From Dehalococcoidia bacterium (lineage in GTDB: Bacteria; Chloroflexota; Dehalococcoidia; DSTF01; RBG-16-68-14), in assembly GCA_040902195.1 (NCBI GenBank), contig JBBDXS010000019.1, forward strand, positions 213,969 through 277,968: DNA of 64,000 bases. Reading direction: 5' to 3'. This document shows, in pieces, positions 9,132 to 19,237 of the stretch (its first letter is position 1; every line of letters starts with the position of its first letter). Below the pieces are notes generated by a model, which worked only from the letters and a program-made list of their open reading frames with translations, made no database searches and was not told the origin of the DNA. A program made the position numbers and the translations under genes.

Positions 9132-9132
9132 G

Positions 9133-10335
9133 CTAGGTACTCGCTCTGTGCATACGCAGGCCGTCCGCGGCGCGGCAGACGACCATGCGCGCCTCGTGCT
9201 TCGTCTGCATCGCGTACCGTTCGACGACGTCAGCGCGAAACGAGGCGAGCGCTTCGCTGCGCACGAGATTCACCGTGCAGCCGCCGAAGCCCGCGCCCGT
9301 CAGCCGCGCCCCGAACACGCCGGCCGCACCTTGCGCCAGCGCGACCAGGCAGTCCAGCTCCGGAGCGCTCACCTCGAAGTCGTCGCGCAGGCTGGCGTGC
9401 GAAGCATTCATCATCGCGCCGAACGACTCGAGGTCGCCGCCGCGCAGCGCCTCTACCGCCGACACGACGCGCCGCTGCTCGCTTGCGACGTGTCGCGCGC
9501 GGCGCAGCAGCGTCTCGGGCAGCGCCGGGCCGTGCTGAGCGAGATCGTCCAGCGTGACATCGCACAGCGATGTGAGATCGCGGCCTGGCTGGGCGTCTCG
9601 GAGCGCGTCGAGCGCCTCGCCGCATTCCTCCCGCCGCGCGTTGTACGCAGAGTCCTCGAGCTGCCGGCGCACGCCCGAATCGACCACCACGATCGCAACG
9701 CCCTGATCCTCGAGCCGGAGCGGAACGGGTTCGTGCGCGAGCGAGCGGCAGTCGATCAGCAGCGCGTGGTCGCGGACGCCGAACGTTGCGGCGAGCTGGT
9801 CCATGACGCCGCAGTGCACGCCGACGAAGTCGTTCTCCGCGCGCTGCGCGAGCAGGGCGACGCGCAGGTCGTCGAGTTCGAGACGCCATGCGGCCCGCAG
9901 CGCGCCCAGCGTCGCGACTGCGAGCGCCGCGGAGGATGATAGCCCGGCGCCGATCGGTACGTTGCCTGCGATCGTGAGATCGACGCCCGGCGTAGCGAAG
10001 CCCTCGCCGCGCAGCACGTCCAGCACGCCTCGAACGTAGTTGCTCCACGAACGCGTGTCGTCGCGCGCGATCGGCGCGTCCAGCGCCAGCGAGGACTCCT
10101 CGTCGTAGTCGAGGGAGTAGCAGCGCGCGAGCGCATCGTCGCGCGCCGCGTACGCGACGAGCACGGAGCGGTCGATTGCCATCGGCAGGACGAGGCCGCC
10201 ATTGTAATCGAGGTGCTCGCCGATCAGGTTGACGCGTCCGGGCGCCTCCGCAACGCCGTCCGCCGTGCGGCCGAACCGCCTGCGGAACGCATCGCTTACC
10301 TTCGCAACGCGCCGCTCGATGGCCTCATCCTCCAT
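9133..10335 (-). CDS. galK: galactokinase
   Basis: 400 aa. APGRVNLIGEHLDYNGG (GHMP kinase/galactokinase signature) and PIGAGLSSSAA motif. Confidence 0.9.
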   Translation of the reverse strand: MEDEAIERRVAKVSDAFRRRFGRTADGVAEAPGRVNLIGEHLDYNGGLVLPMAIDRSVLVAYAARDDALARCYSLDYDEESSLALDAPIARDDTRSWSNYVRGVLDVLRGEGFATPGVDLTIAGNVPIGAGLSSSAALAVATLGALRAAWRLELDDLRVALLAQRAENDFVGVHCGVMDQLAATFGVRDHALLIDCRSLAHEPVPLRLEDQGVAIVVVDSGVRRQLEDSAYNARREECGEALDALRDAQPGRDLTSLCDVTLDDLAQHGPALPETLLRRARHVASEQRRVVSAVEALRGGDLESFGAMMNASHASLRDDFEVSAPELDCLVALAQGAAGVFGARLTGAGFGGCTVNLVRSEALASFRADVVERYAMQTKHEARMVVCRAADGLRMHRAST

Positions 10336-10339
10336 CGCG

Positions 10340-11470
10340 CTACGTCCGCGGAGCGACAGAGCGCAGACGGCGCGCTGTGTCCTCAGCCTTCGCGTCGAGG
10401 ATGTACGTGCCTGCGCCCGTCTCGCAGCCGGCGAGGAACTTCAGCTTGTCGGGTGTGCGGTGCGGCGGCGTGAACTCGATGTGGAAGTGACAGCCGGGAT
10501 GGCGGCCGCCGTCTGTAGGACGCTGGTGCATGACCATGATGTAGGGAAGGGGGAAGTCCCACAGGCCGTCGTACTTCTGCGTGATGATCTTCATCACCCG
10601 GGCCAGCCCTTCGCGCTCCGCCGCCGTCAGCTCCAGCAGGGACGGCCTGTGCGCCTTGCTAGCAACGTGTACTTCGTACGGAAAGCGCGCGTAATGCGGC
10701 ACGAACGCCACGAACGTCTCGTTCTGCGCGACGATGCGCTGCTTGTCGCGCAGCTCCGCCGCGACGATGTCGCAGTGCAGGCAACGGCCGTGCTCGCGCC
10801 GGTAGCGACGGGCCACCGCCAGCTCGCGCGCGGGCTCCGGCGGAAGGTACGAGAAGCCGTAGATCTGGCCGTGCGGGTGTGTCAGCGTTACGCCGATCTC
10901 CTTCCCGCGGTTCTCGAAGATCAGCACGTACGCGATCTCGCGCCGGGCCGCCAGATCGCGATAGCGGTCCGTCCACACCTCGACGAGGCGCGTGATGTGC
11001 TCGACCGGCAGTTGCGCCAGCGTCGTATCGTGCGCCGAAGTGTAGAGCGTGACCTCGCAGGTGCCGAGCGCGCGTGACGTCTCGAACGGCCGCCGCGTCT
11101 TCGATGGCGCAGGCGGGTCGCTACGTAGACTCGGAAAGCGGTTCTCGAACACGGCGATCTCGTAGTCGCGCGACGGCACCTCCGTCGGCGACTTCGCGTT
11201 GCGCGTTGGGCAGAGCGGGCAGTAGCGCGCGGGCGGCAAGAACGTCCGCCCTTGCCGTTCCGGTGCGACGATGACCCATTCGTCCAGCACGGGATGGCGG
11301 CGCAGCTCGAGTCCCTCCGACTCCAGCTTGTGCGCTCTCGATGGCTGTGCAACCTCCGGAAGCGGGCGGTCCCAGGCGTAGTACCAGAGGTGGCGGCCGT
11401 CAGGCTTGGTGACGCGGGCTTTGCGTAGGGGCATCGCTGCCAGTCTAGGCATGCCCCCGGCGGGCGGCAA
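10340..11470 (-). CDS. galT: galactose-1-phosphate uridylyltransferase
   Basis: 376 aa. CPLCP zinc motif and HPHGQIYG active-site His-Pro-His. Start ambiguous (TTG 11470, ATG 11452 or 11434). Confidence 0.88.
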   Translation of the reverse strand: MPPAGGMPRLAAMPLRKARVTKPDGRHLWYYAWDRPLPEVAQPSRAHKLESEGLELRRHPVLDEWVIVAPERQGRTFLPPARYCPLCPTRNAKSPTEVPSRDYEIAVFENRFPSLRSDPPAPSKTRRPFETSRALGTCEVTLYTSAHDTTLAQLPVEHITRLVEVWTDRYRDLAARREIAYVLIFENRGKEIGVTLTHPHGQIYGFSYLPPEPARELAVARRYRREHGRCLHCDIVAAELRDKQRIVAQNETFVAFVPHYARFPYEVHVASKAHRPSLLELTAAEREGLARVMKIITQKYDGLWDFPLPYIMVMHQRPTDGGRHPGCHFHIEFTPPHRTPDKLKFLAGCETGAGTYILDAKAEDTARRLRSVAPRT

Positions 11471-11472
11471 GA

Positions 11473-12729
11473 CTAGGTCGCGGCCGCCTCCGCGCTCACG
11501 TCGTCGCCGTAGGTCGCCGCCTTCGCGCTCGCGCCCGCGTGGTGCTCGACGGCGTAACGCAGGTCCGAAACGAACTCGTCCACTACGAGGTGATGTCGTG
11601 GACTCGCCATCAGGTGTAGCGCCCGGGGGGAGTCCTGCCGGTCGAAGAACCAGCCGCGCTCGTTCAGGATGTCGCCGATTGCGAAGATATCGTGCTCGCG
11701 CGAGCCGGCCGCGACGACCGTCATGTCGGGTTCACCCCAGATGTGGATGCCGTCGATCGATTCGATCCCCTGCTTCAGCCGTCGCGTCGCGTCGACAGTC
11801 TGCTCGGCGAGGCGGAGGTAGCCGTCCTCGCCGAGGAACTGCATCACCGCCCACGCCGCGCCGATCGGCGCGGCTGGCTTCGTGCCCTGGAACGCCTGCG
11901 TGCCGTAGATGCCGCCGGGCCAGTCGCTGAACTGGAAGACCTGGTAACGCAAGTTCGTCTTCGGCTTGTGCAGTACGACCGACGCCCCTTTGACGCCGTA
12001 GCCGTACTTGTGCACGTCCGCAGAGATCGAGGTGACGCCGGGCACGCGAAAGTCCCACGGCGGCATCTCATGCCCGAGCCGTTCGAGGAACGGCAGCATC
12101 AGTCCGCCCAAACACGCGTCGACATGGAACGGAATGCCCGCGTCCAGCGCGACGGCCGCCAGCTCCGGGATCGGGTCGATCATGCCGAAGGGGAAGGCAG
12201 GCGCGCTGCCCACGATCAGCACCGTGTTCTCCGTCACGAGGCCGTCGATCGCGCTCGCGTGCGTGCGCAGGTCGTCGCCGAACGGCATCTGGACGAACTC
12301 AACGTCGAGCAGGTGCGCTGCCTTGGCGAACGCCGGGTGCGCCGTCTTTGGCACGACAAGCCGGCCCTTCTCGATGCCGCGTTCCGCACGCGCCTTATCG
12401 CGCGCCGTCGCGACCGCCATGAAGATCGACTCCGTCCCACCCGATGTCATCGAGCCGCTCGTCTCCTCGTCGCCGTGCAGCAAGTCAGCCACGATCGCGA
12501 CGACGTCGCGCTGCATCTCCTTCAGGCTCGGGAAGGCGAAGGGGTTGAGCGCGTTTTCGAGCAGGACATGGCCGGCCGCGGCCTGAAGCATCCCGTCGAC
12601 CTCGGGGCCGGCGTTATAGATCAGGGACCAGGTGCGCGCGTTGTGGTAATCGGCGTCATGCACCTCCATGGCGCGGAGCCGCGCCATGACCTCTTCGACC
12701 GACGATCCGTGTTCGGGCAGGCGGCGCAC
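11473..12729 (-). CDS. PLP-dependent group II decarboxylase (sphingosine-1-phosphate-lyase-like family)
   Basis: 418 aa. MTSGGTESI ... DVHKYGYG with the PLP-lysine context of the DDC/GAD/SPL family. Confidence 0.75.
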   Translation of the reverse strand: MRRLPEHGSSVEEVMARLRAMEVHDADYHNARTWSLIYNAGPEVDGMLQAAAGHVLLENALNPFAFPSLKEMQRDVVAIVADLLHGDEETSGSMTSGGTESIFMAVATARDKARAERGIEKGRLVVPKTAHPAFAKAAHLLDVEFVQMPFGDDLRTHASAIDGLVTENTVLIVGSAPAFPFGMIDPIPELAAVALDAGIPFHVDACLGGLMLPFLERLGHEMPPWDFRVPGVTSISADVHKYGYGVKGASVVLHKPKTNLRYQVFQFSDWPGGIYGTQAFQGTKPAAPIGAAWAVMQFLGEDGYLRLAEQTVDATRRLKQGIESIDGIHIWGEPDMTVVAAGSREHDIFAIGDILNERGWFFDRQDSPRALHLMASPRHHLVVDEFVSDLRYAVEHHAGASAKAATYGDDVSAEAAAT

Positions 12730-13163
12730 GGTGTCCTCCGGGGCGGCAGTATAGCACGCCCCGCGTCGCGGCTTGCCGTCTTCCTATCCGGGAACGTATG
12801 ACTGCGCAACGGACGGCGCGGGCGGCTCTACCCGCTACTGCTTCGCGACGGCGCAAACGGCTCGGATGGCTTACAAGAACATCGGCCTGTTGAACGACAC
12901 CTTCGGTGTCGCATTTACGTGCGGTTTGAAATCGTCGTCGCCGGGGTATCTGATGGTTTAGGACCGCGGGCCGCAGCTTGCACCCAACGCCTGGAATCTG
13001 AGCCCGGCTGACGGCCAATCGACCTCTTCAGCGATTTCTTCGGAGTGGCCTTCCAGTTCGGGCACCACCCCAATGAGGACCCCCGCGGCTCTGAGCTAGC
13101 TGGTAGATGCAGGGAGAGCCTAAACAGGCCGATATTCCCTCTAGGCGTTGATTGGAGGGCTGC

Positions 13164-15017
13164 GTGCCTCACAGGAGCACCGGCAAACGGGCCTGGCTCT
13201 CGACTGGAACTCGCTCAGTTGTTGCGTGGACGGTCGTGGCTGGAGCTGCGGCATTCCTGAAGCAACGCCTTGATCGCGAGGCTGTACATCGGGATGGTGA
13301 GGGAGACATCGACCGTCTCTATCGCGACAGCCTGAACGAAAATGCTCAGCTCGAGAAGGCGCTAGAGCGCGAGCGAGAGCTCGCCCGGCGCGATCCGCTC
13401 ACCGGCTGCCTAAACCACGCCGTCGTCCTAGAAGAATTACGACGAGCTCTGGGCCAAGAGGGCGTCCTGGCGCTGTCCGTTGCGTTGGTAGACGTCGATG
13501 GGCTGAAGGCGACCAACGATCTCTATGGACACCAGGTTGGCGATGCGGCGCTGATCAGCGTTGCGAACGCGCTCCAGCAGGGCGGCGCGATCGTTGGGCG
13601 CTATGGCGGCGACGAGTTCGTCGTCGTGCTGCCGGGCGTCGATCGCGATCAGGCCGAACGTTATCGCGAGCTTGTCCAGGGTCTGCTCGCCGCTGCGCAG
13701 CTCACGTCGCCAGACGGACCTGTCGATGTGCCCGTCATTGCGAGTATGGGTCTTGCCACGTACCCGGAAGAAGGCCACGCTGCAGAAGAGCTGCTCAAGC
13801 TCGCAGACAACGCGATGTACGCAGAGCGGCGCCGTCCTGCTCCCGGCCGCGTCGCCGCGCTACGATTCGATAGCGAGCGCGTCGCGAAGCTCCTCGGAGA
13901 CATCGTGCCGCTTCTTACGTCGAAGGGCACGCGCGAAGAGAAGCTGGAGACGCTTGCGCAGCACCTCTCCGTTGGCACCGGCTACGACGCCGTGAACATC
14001 GAGGTCGCAGGCATCCGCTCGGGACAAGCGGCCGAGTGGGAGAACACGTTTGCCCGCGCTCCGCGTGAGGTGCTCGATGCGTGGCAGGAAGAACAGCATC
14101 GCGAAGCGGAGCACCCGCTGAGCACGTTCCTTGAGGAAACGCGACAGCCGCACTTTGTCGCGGACGTCACGACGGAAGAGCGACTCACGGATAACGAACG
14201 ACAGATCCTGATGGCGTCCGGCATCAAGTCGGCCCTCGTCGTCCCCATGATCTGGCAGGACCAGTTCGTGGGTATGCTTTCAGTCGTCAGCAAGACACAC
14301 GGTACCTTCGGCGCGTGGGACGCACAGTTCCTGACCGCGGTCACGATGCACGTGACGGCTATCGTCTTCATGACCGATCTCGTCGAAGACCTTCAGGAAG
14401 CGTCCAAGTATCTCTCGGAGGCGCACGCCGAGACCGTCCTCATGCTCGCCGCCGCCGCCGAGGCCTACGACGACGGTACCGGCTCGCACCTCATGCGCGT
14501 GCGGACGATTACGGAGGCGCTGGCGAAGGAGCTGGGCTACAGCGATCACGACATCTGGCGCCTCGGCCTTGCCGCCGTGCTGCACGACGTGGGTAAGATC
14601 CGGGTACCGATCGCTGTCCTCACCAGCCCGCAGGGACTCACACAGGCCGAATGGGGCGAGATGCGCCGGCACACCGTGTGGGGCGCGGAGCTCCTGCGCG
14701 GACGGCGCGGGTTCGAGCTCGCATCGCAGGTTGCGCACTGCCATCACGAGCGCTGGGACGGGAAGGGCTACCCCGACGGCCTCGCCGGCGACGAGATCCC
14801 GGAAGCAGCCGCCATCGTCTCTGTCGCCGACAGCTTCGACGCGATGACGAGCGACCGGCCGTATCGAGTCTCGCGCCCGGCCGCCGAGGCGCTCGCCGAG
14901 ATCAACGCCTGCTCGGGCGTGCAGTTCAATCCGCACGTCGTCGCAGCGCTCAACAGGCTCGCCGAGCGAGGCGCGCTACCTGAGCACGAGCATCATGAGG
15001 AGGCGGCGGCCGCCTAG
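13164..15017 (+). CDS. GGDEF-GAF-HD-GYP multidomain c-di-GMP signalling protein
   Basis: RDPLTGCLNH ... GRYGGDEFVVVL (GGDEF with RYGGDEF A-site); central GAF (LVVPMIWQDQFVGML); C-terminal HD-GYP (HLMRV, LHDVGKI, HHERWDGKGYPDGL). Start moved to the GTG at 13164, preceded by GGAGGG (track ORF opens at TTG 13152). Confidence 0.85.
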   Translation: MPHRSTGKRAWLSTGTRSVVAWTVVAGAAAFLKQRLDREAVHRDGEGDIDRLYRDSLNENAQLEKALERERELARRDPLTGCLNHAVVLEELRRALGQEGVLALSVALVDVDGLKATNDLYGHQVGDAALISVANALQQGGAIVGRYGGDEFVVVLPGVDRDQAERYRELVQGLLAAAQLTSPDGPVDVPVIASMGLATYPEEGHAAEELLKLADNAMYAERRRPAPGRVAALRFDSERVAKLLGDIVPLLTSKGTREEKLETLAQHLSVGTGYDAVNIEVAGIRSGQAAEWENTFARAPREVLDAWQEEQHREAEHPLSTFLEETRQPHFVADVTTEERLTDNERQILMASGIKSALVVPMIWQDQFVGMLSVVSKTHGTFGAWDAQFLTAVTMHVTAIVFMTDLVEDLQEASKYLSEAHAETVLMLAAAAEAYDDGTGSHLMRVRTITEALAKELGYSDHDIWRLGLAAVLHDVGKIRVPIAVLTSPQGLTQAEWGEMRRHTVWGAELLRGRRGFELASQVAHCHHERWDGKGYPDGLAGDEIPEAAAIVSVADSFDAMTSDRPYRVSRPAAEALAEINACSGVQFNPHVVAALNRLAERGALPEHEHHEEAAAA

Positions 15018-16603
15018 TCGGGCTTCACTGAGCCGGCGTCCACAGCTCCGACCTCGACGGCGTCAGCGGCACCGATCGGTTCGGCTGGTCGCCCGCCGTC
15101 TGCCTGCAGGAACGCTGGTACGCGTTCTGTTGCTCGCCGGCGCTCGAAGCTCGCTCGGATGCGAGCACGCCGCTGTTCAAGATCGCGGCCGGCTTCGCGC
15201 CGAATGCGGTTGGCCAGCCAGCTCCGCGCAAATGGCAGGAGTCGAAGCGGGCGGGGCAGGGGATTAGCCAAGCCCATGAGCACGCCGTAGTTCGCACTCG
15301 CCGGGTCCTCGTAGTACTCGGGAACCGCGCGCAAGATATGGGCGCCGGGCACCGCCATGTAGCCGCGAACGTTGGAGCAGACGTAGTCGGCCGCTTCGTC
15401 ATCGGGAAGCTGCACCTCACCGCGTTCAGCGCGTATCGCCTGCACATGCTGGAAGTACTCGCCGTCTGGCAGGGGAGCGAGGCCGTTCTCAGCCCGCTCC
15501 TCGTTTAGCCGGTAGCCTCGGATCTCCCGGAGCATGACGTACTCCTCCGCCGAAAACATGCGCTTCCCCTCCGCGCGCCGGCGCTCGTTAAATGAGACGT
15601 AGCCGTTCATGCGGCTTCCGCCGATCATCCGGTTCTTGTTCCACTCAACGAGCGACGCGAGGATCTCGCCAAACATCGTGACTGTTGCGCCTTCTGTCAC
15701 CGATGTCAGGTTGACGCCGACGATCACGTCGCCGTCAGGGTCCGCGTTCGCGATCGTGCCGTTCGCCGTGACTTCGTCCCACGAGCGCACGTCTCCGATC
15801 TGCTGGTCGCGTAGCACGGAGATCGTGGACCAAGCGACGACCTTCTCTCGCACCCGCTGGCCGTCCATCTCCGTGACGTGGACGCAGGCGATCTGTCCCT
15901 GTGGAAACGCTGCGAGGCGCGAGTAGAACTGTTCGGCGGTGACGGCCTGTTCCTTCCACTTGATCTGCTCGATCTCCAGAATGCGGTCGAGGTCGCTGTC
16001 TCGCACGCGGCGTGTCTCGTAGTACGAGCGCTTCTCTGTCGCCGCGGCCGCCTCGGGTCGCACCATGATCACTTCCATGAATCCCCAGACCACCATCGTG
16101 ATCACGATGTCGAACAACGCCGAGCCGCGTAGCCCCAAAGGCGCGCCGCCGGCGCTGGCGATGAGCGCGTAGCAAAGCGGCACGAGCGCAGCAATGCGGT
16201 TGATGCGTCCCAGCGCGATGGCTTTCGTCGTGCGCAGGCGCAGGTCGAGGATCGGGAGGTCCCACGCGCCGATTGCGATCTGGCGCACACCGGACAGCAC
16301 GTTGCCGCGGCGCACCGCCTGCCAGCCCTTCGCGATCGCATCCGGCCAGATGCCGGCGTCCTCGCGGAAGATCCACACTCCCGTCGCGGCAACGATGATC
16401 TCGGAGCCGACGACGAGCGCGATGAACACGGGTACGTTGACGCCGTAGGGCGCCCACTTGCTCGCGCCCATAACCGCCTCGGCCACCAAATAGCCGACGA
16501 CCACCAGGTACGCCAGGATGCTGAGAACGAACGCCCTGTTCAGCCACCGCCGGACCGTTGGCGCGTCCGGCATAATGCCGCGGGCGAATCCGATGTGCTC
16601 CAT
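15014..16603 (-). CDS. integral membrane protein with unrecognised ~330-aa C-terminal soluble domain
   Basis: Hydrophobic N-terminal third (4-5 predicted helices); C-terminal part has no motif I recognise. ATG at 16603; TTG and GTG alternatives just upstream. Confidence 0.55.
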   Translation of the reverse strand: MEHIGFARGIMPDAPTVRRWLNRAFVLSILAYLVVVGYLVAEAVMGASKWAPYGVNVPVFIALVVGSEIIVAATGVWIFREDAGIWPDAIAKGWQAVRRGNVLSGVRQIAIGAWDLPILDLRLRTTKAIALGRINRIAALVPLCYALIASAGGAPLGLRGSALFDIVITMVVWGFMEVIMVRPEAAAATEKRSYYETRRVRDSDLDRILEIEQIKWKEQAVTAEQFYSRLAAFPQGQIACVHVTEMDGQRVREKVVAWSTISVLRDQQIGDVRSWDEVTANGTIANADPDGDVIVGVNLTSVTEGATVTMFGEILASLVEWNKNRMIGGSRMNGYVSFNERRRAEGKRMFSAEEYVMLREIRGYRLNEERAENGLAPLPDGEYFQHVQAIRAERGEVQLPDDEAADYVCSNVRGYMAVPGAHILRAVPEYYEDPASANYGVLMGLANPLPRPLRLLPFARSWLANRIRREAGRDLEQRRARIRASFERRRATERVPAFLQADGGRPAEPIGAADAVEVGAVDAGSVKPD

Positions 16604-16770
16604 CACTACAGATTCCAATCGTTGGCGGGGCTAGTAGAATGGCGGAGCTAGATCGCCTTATTTGTCCGCATCCACCTCGTACGGACCGTCAACCAGCCTA
16701 TACACGATCATGTACACCTGAGCGTTTCAGTTGTCAAGTTATCGTACGTTTACAGTTTTGTTAGAAATAG

Positions 16771-19221
16771 TCAGTCCGCGAGCGCCGGTTGCTCCTGCAA
16801 GGAAATCACGTGTATCTGCTGATCGGCCCACACGAGAAGCGACGGCAGGAGCAGGAGCGTTGTGAGCAGCGCAATGCCGACGTCCATCGCGGTCACGATG
16901 CCGAAGCTCTCGAGAAGCGGGAAGCCCGAAAACGCGAGGACGCCGAAGCCGCCGACCATTGTCAGCCCGGACGCCATAATCGCCCGCCCGATGCGTTGGT
17001 TCGTATCATCGATCGCCTCGCGTGGCGTGCGGCCGCGTCCTCGTTCTTCGAGATAGCGCCCCATTAACAGCACCGAAAACTCGACGCTGATCGCGATCAC
17101 GAGCGGCCCCGATAGCGCCGTGAGCGGGTTGATCTCGATGTTGAACAGATAGATGAATGTCGACGCCGCGCTGACCGCGATCACAACCGGGAAGAGAACC
17201 AGTAGCGTCCTTGCCAGACTTCGGTACACGATCAGAAACCAGGCGAACTTCACCGCGAGCGCCAGGTAGACCATGAGCGACCGGTTCGCGCTCAGGGCGT
17301 TCACCGTCTCGATCCCGATCACAGCCAGTCCGGCAGGCCGAACGCGAACGCCGGCCGGTGCGTCTAAGTCCGCTGCGATCTGGTCCGTCAGCCGCTCGCG
17401 CTCCTTTAGCGACACGTCGCCGATCGCGAAAATGATGTTCGCATGCTTACGGTCCTCGCTTACGAACGATCCCTTGAGCGATTCCGGCATCGTCGGGAGC
17501 ACCGCGTTCGCATCCGACTGCACCGGCGTCGCGCGCACGACCGAGTTCAGCGCCGACGCGATGCTGCCTGAGGTGACGATGTCGTGCGGATGGTTGTCGA
17601 TCGCGCGTTGCTGGAAGCCGGCCATCCAAGCGAGCATCTCGTCGCTCGTCACGTCGTCCGCATCGACGAGCAGGTTCAGCTCGGCCGATGAGCCGGCGGC
17701 GTCGCGGATCGTGAAGAGGTCCTGCAGGATAGGGCTGTCCTGCGGCACCCAGCGCTCCGGGTCGGTCTGCACGGTCACCCGGTGGTCGACCCAGAAGCCG
17801 GCTCCGATCAGCAGCAGACCAATCAAGATCCCTGGCAGCACGCGCGCATCGGCAGGGGAGGCGACTGTGCGCACCACGCGCTCGATCGGCAGGCGGCTCT
17901 TGCCAGAAGCGAAGCGCTCGGTAACGCCGCGATCACGGCAGTACAGCACGCTGCCCATGAACACGATTGATGCGATCAGGATCAGCACCGAGCCGACCGA
18001 CAGCATCGAACCGAAGTCCTGCACCATCGGCACTGCGGAGATCTGCAGCACCATGAAGCCACTGCTCGCCGCAATGACGGCGATCGTCAGCGGCGGCCCC
18101 AGGTGGGTCAACGTCTCGCTCAGAGCGGCATGTGCGTTCCCTGAGCGTTCGATCTCCTCTTCGTAGCGGCTGTGCACCTGGATCGCGAAGTCAACGCCGA
18201 GGCCGATCAGGACGGGCAGGGCGGAGATCGTCACCATCGTAAGCGGGATGCCCAGGTAGCCGATCAATCCGAACGCCCACACAGTGCTCATCAGCACGGC
18301 GCCCAGCGATAGTAGGCGCCACCGTGCGCGGAACATGACCGCGAGGACGATGGTCATCACACCCACCGCCAGCGCGCCCATCACGAGCACGCTGCCGCGC
18401 ATCGTTTCGTTGATCTCCGACAGCAGTACGGCAGGGCCCGAAGGCGTCACGGTGACGTTCTCGAAGTTACGCGAGTGGACGATGTCGACGACGTCCTGCG
18501 CCGCTGCCGACTGGTCGTCGAGCGAGAGGTTGCCGTTCAGCCGCACGACCATCAGCGCCGTCTTCTTGTTCATGAGGACGCCCTTCAGCTCCGGGCGGAC
18601 GTCGCCGTGCTCGTCGAACAGCACAAAGTCTACGAACTTCGGGTTGTCCAACGACAGCTCGCCCGCCTCCGCCAGCCGTCCTCCGTCGATGGCGTTGCGC
18701 TCGTTGATCGGGTCTGACGCGGCGTCAGCCGCTGCTGCGGCAGCGGCCTCTTGCTCCGCCGGCGTTGCTCCCGCGGCTGCGGCCTCCGCGCGCGCTTCCG
18801 CCGCGGCTTGCTCGCGCACCCGCTCGATCACCCCACCGACGAGGCTCGCCGCGGTCGGGATCGAGTCGCGGAAGTACGACGCTACCAGGAGAGGGCTGAT
18901 GATCGCGTGGTACTTGCCCGTCGCTCCCAGCTCGCGGTCGAGCGCGGCCATCTCCTCCATGTTGTGCGCGCTGAACAGATCGCGGATGTCGTTCGCCTGG
19001 AAGAGGACGAGCATCGGTTCGCCACCGAAAAGGCGCTGGTACTCCAAGTTGTCCTTGTAGATCTGCGTGTTGGGCGAAATGAGCGTGTCCTGGCTCGTCT
19101 TGAACTCGAGCCGCGTGATTCCGAAGCCGAGGGCAATTGTCACGACGCCGGAGATCGCGAGTAGCCAGACATACCGGCGCGCGATCAGCGTTGCGCAGCC
19201 CGCGAAGAGCGCCTGCACCAT
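16771..19221 (-). CDS. MMPL/RND superfamily membrane transporter
   Basis: 817 aa; two 6-TM bundles with periplasmic loops, MMPL-like. ATG at 19221 preceded by GGAGG at 6 nt. Ala-rich low-complexity segment in a loop. Confidence 0.82.
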   Translation of the reverse strand: MVQALFAGCATLIARRYVWLLAISGVVTIALGFGITRLEFKTSQDTLISPNTQIYKDNLEYQRLFGGEPMLVLFQANDIRDLFSAHNMEEMAALDRELGATGKYHAIISPLLVASYFRDSIPTAASLVGGVIERVREQAAAEARAEAAAAGATPAEQEAAAAAAADAASDPINERNAIDGGRLAEAGELSLDNPKFVDFVLFDEHGDVRPELKGVLMNKKTALMVVRLNGNLSLDDQSAAAQDVVDIVHSRNFENVTVTPSGPAVLLSEINETMRGSVLVMGALAVGVMTIVLAVMFRARWRLLSLGAVLMSTVWAFGLIGYLGIPLTMVTISALPVLIGLGVDFAIQVHSRYEEEIERSGNAHAALSETLTHLGPPLTIAVIAASSGFMVLQISAVPMVQDFGSMLSVGSVLILIASIVFMGSVLYCRDRGVTERFASGKSRLPIERVVRTVASPADARVLPGILIGLLLIGAGFWVDHRVTVQTDPERWVPQDSPILQDLFTIRDAAGSSAELNLLVDADDVTSDEMLAWMAGFQQRAIDNHPHDIVTSGSIASALNSVVRATPVQSDANAVLPTMPESLKGSFVSEDRKHANIIFAIGDVSLKERERLTDQIAADLDAPAGVRVRPAGLAVIGIETVNALSANRSLMVYLALAVKFAWFLIVYRSLARTLLVLFPVVIAVSAASTFIYLFNIEINPLTALSGPLVIAISVEFSVLLMGRYLEERGRGRTPREAIDDTNQRIGRAIMASGLTMVGGFGVLAFSGFPLLESFGIVTAMDVGIALLTTLLLLPSLLVWADQQIHVISLQEQPALAD

Positions 19222-19237
19222 CCCCACCCTCCGACGG

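Noticed and set aside
18700-18800. Alanine-rich low-complexity stretch (EQAAAEARAEAAAAGATPAEQEAAAAAAADAAS) inside the MMPL gene, considered as a possible frameshift or repeat insertion
   Set aside because: It is in-frame, flanked by normal MMPL periplasmic-loop sequence, and such linkers are common. No evidence of disruption.
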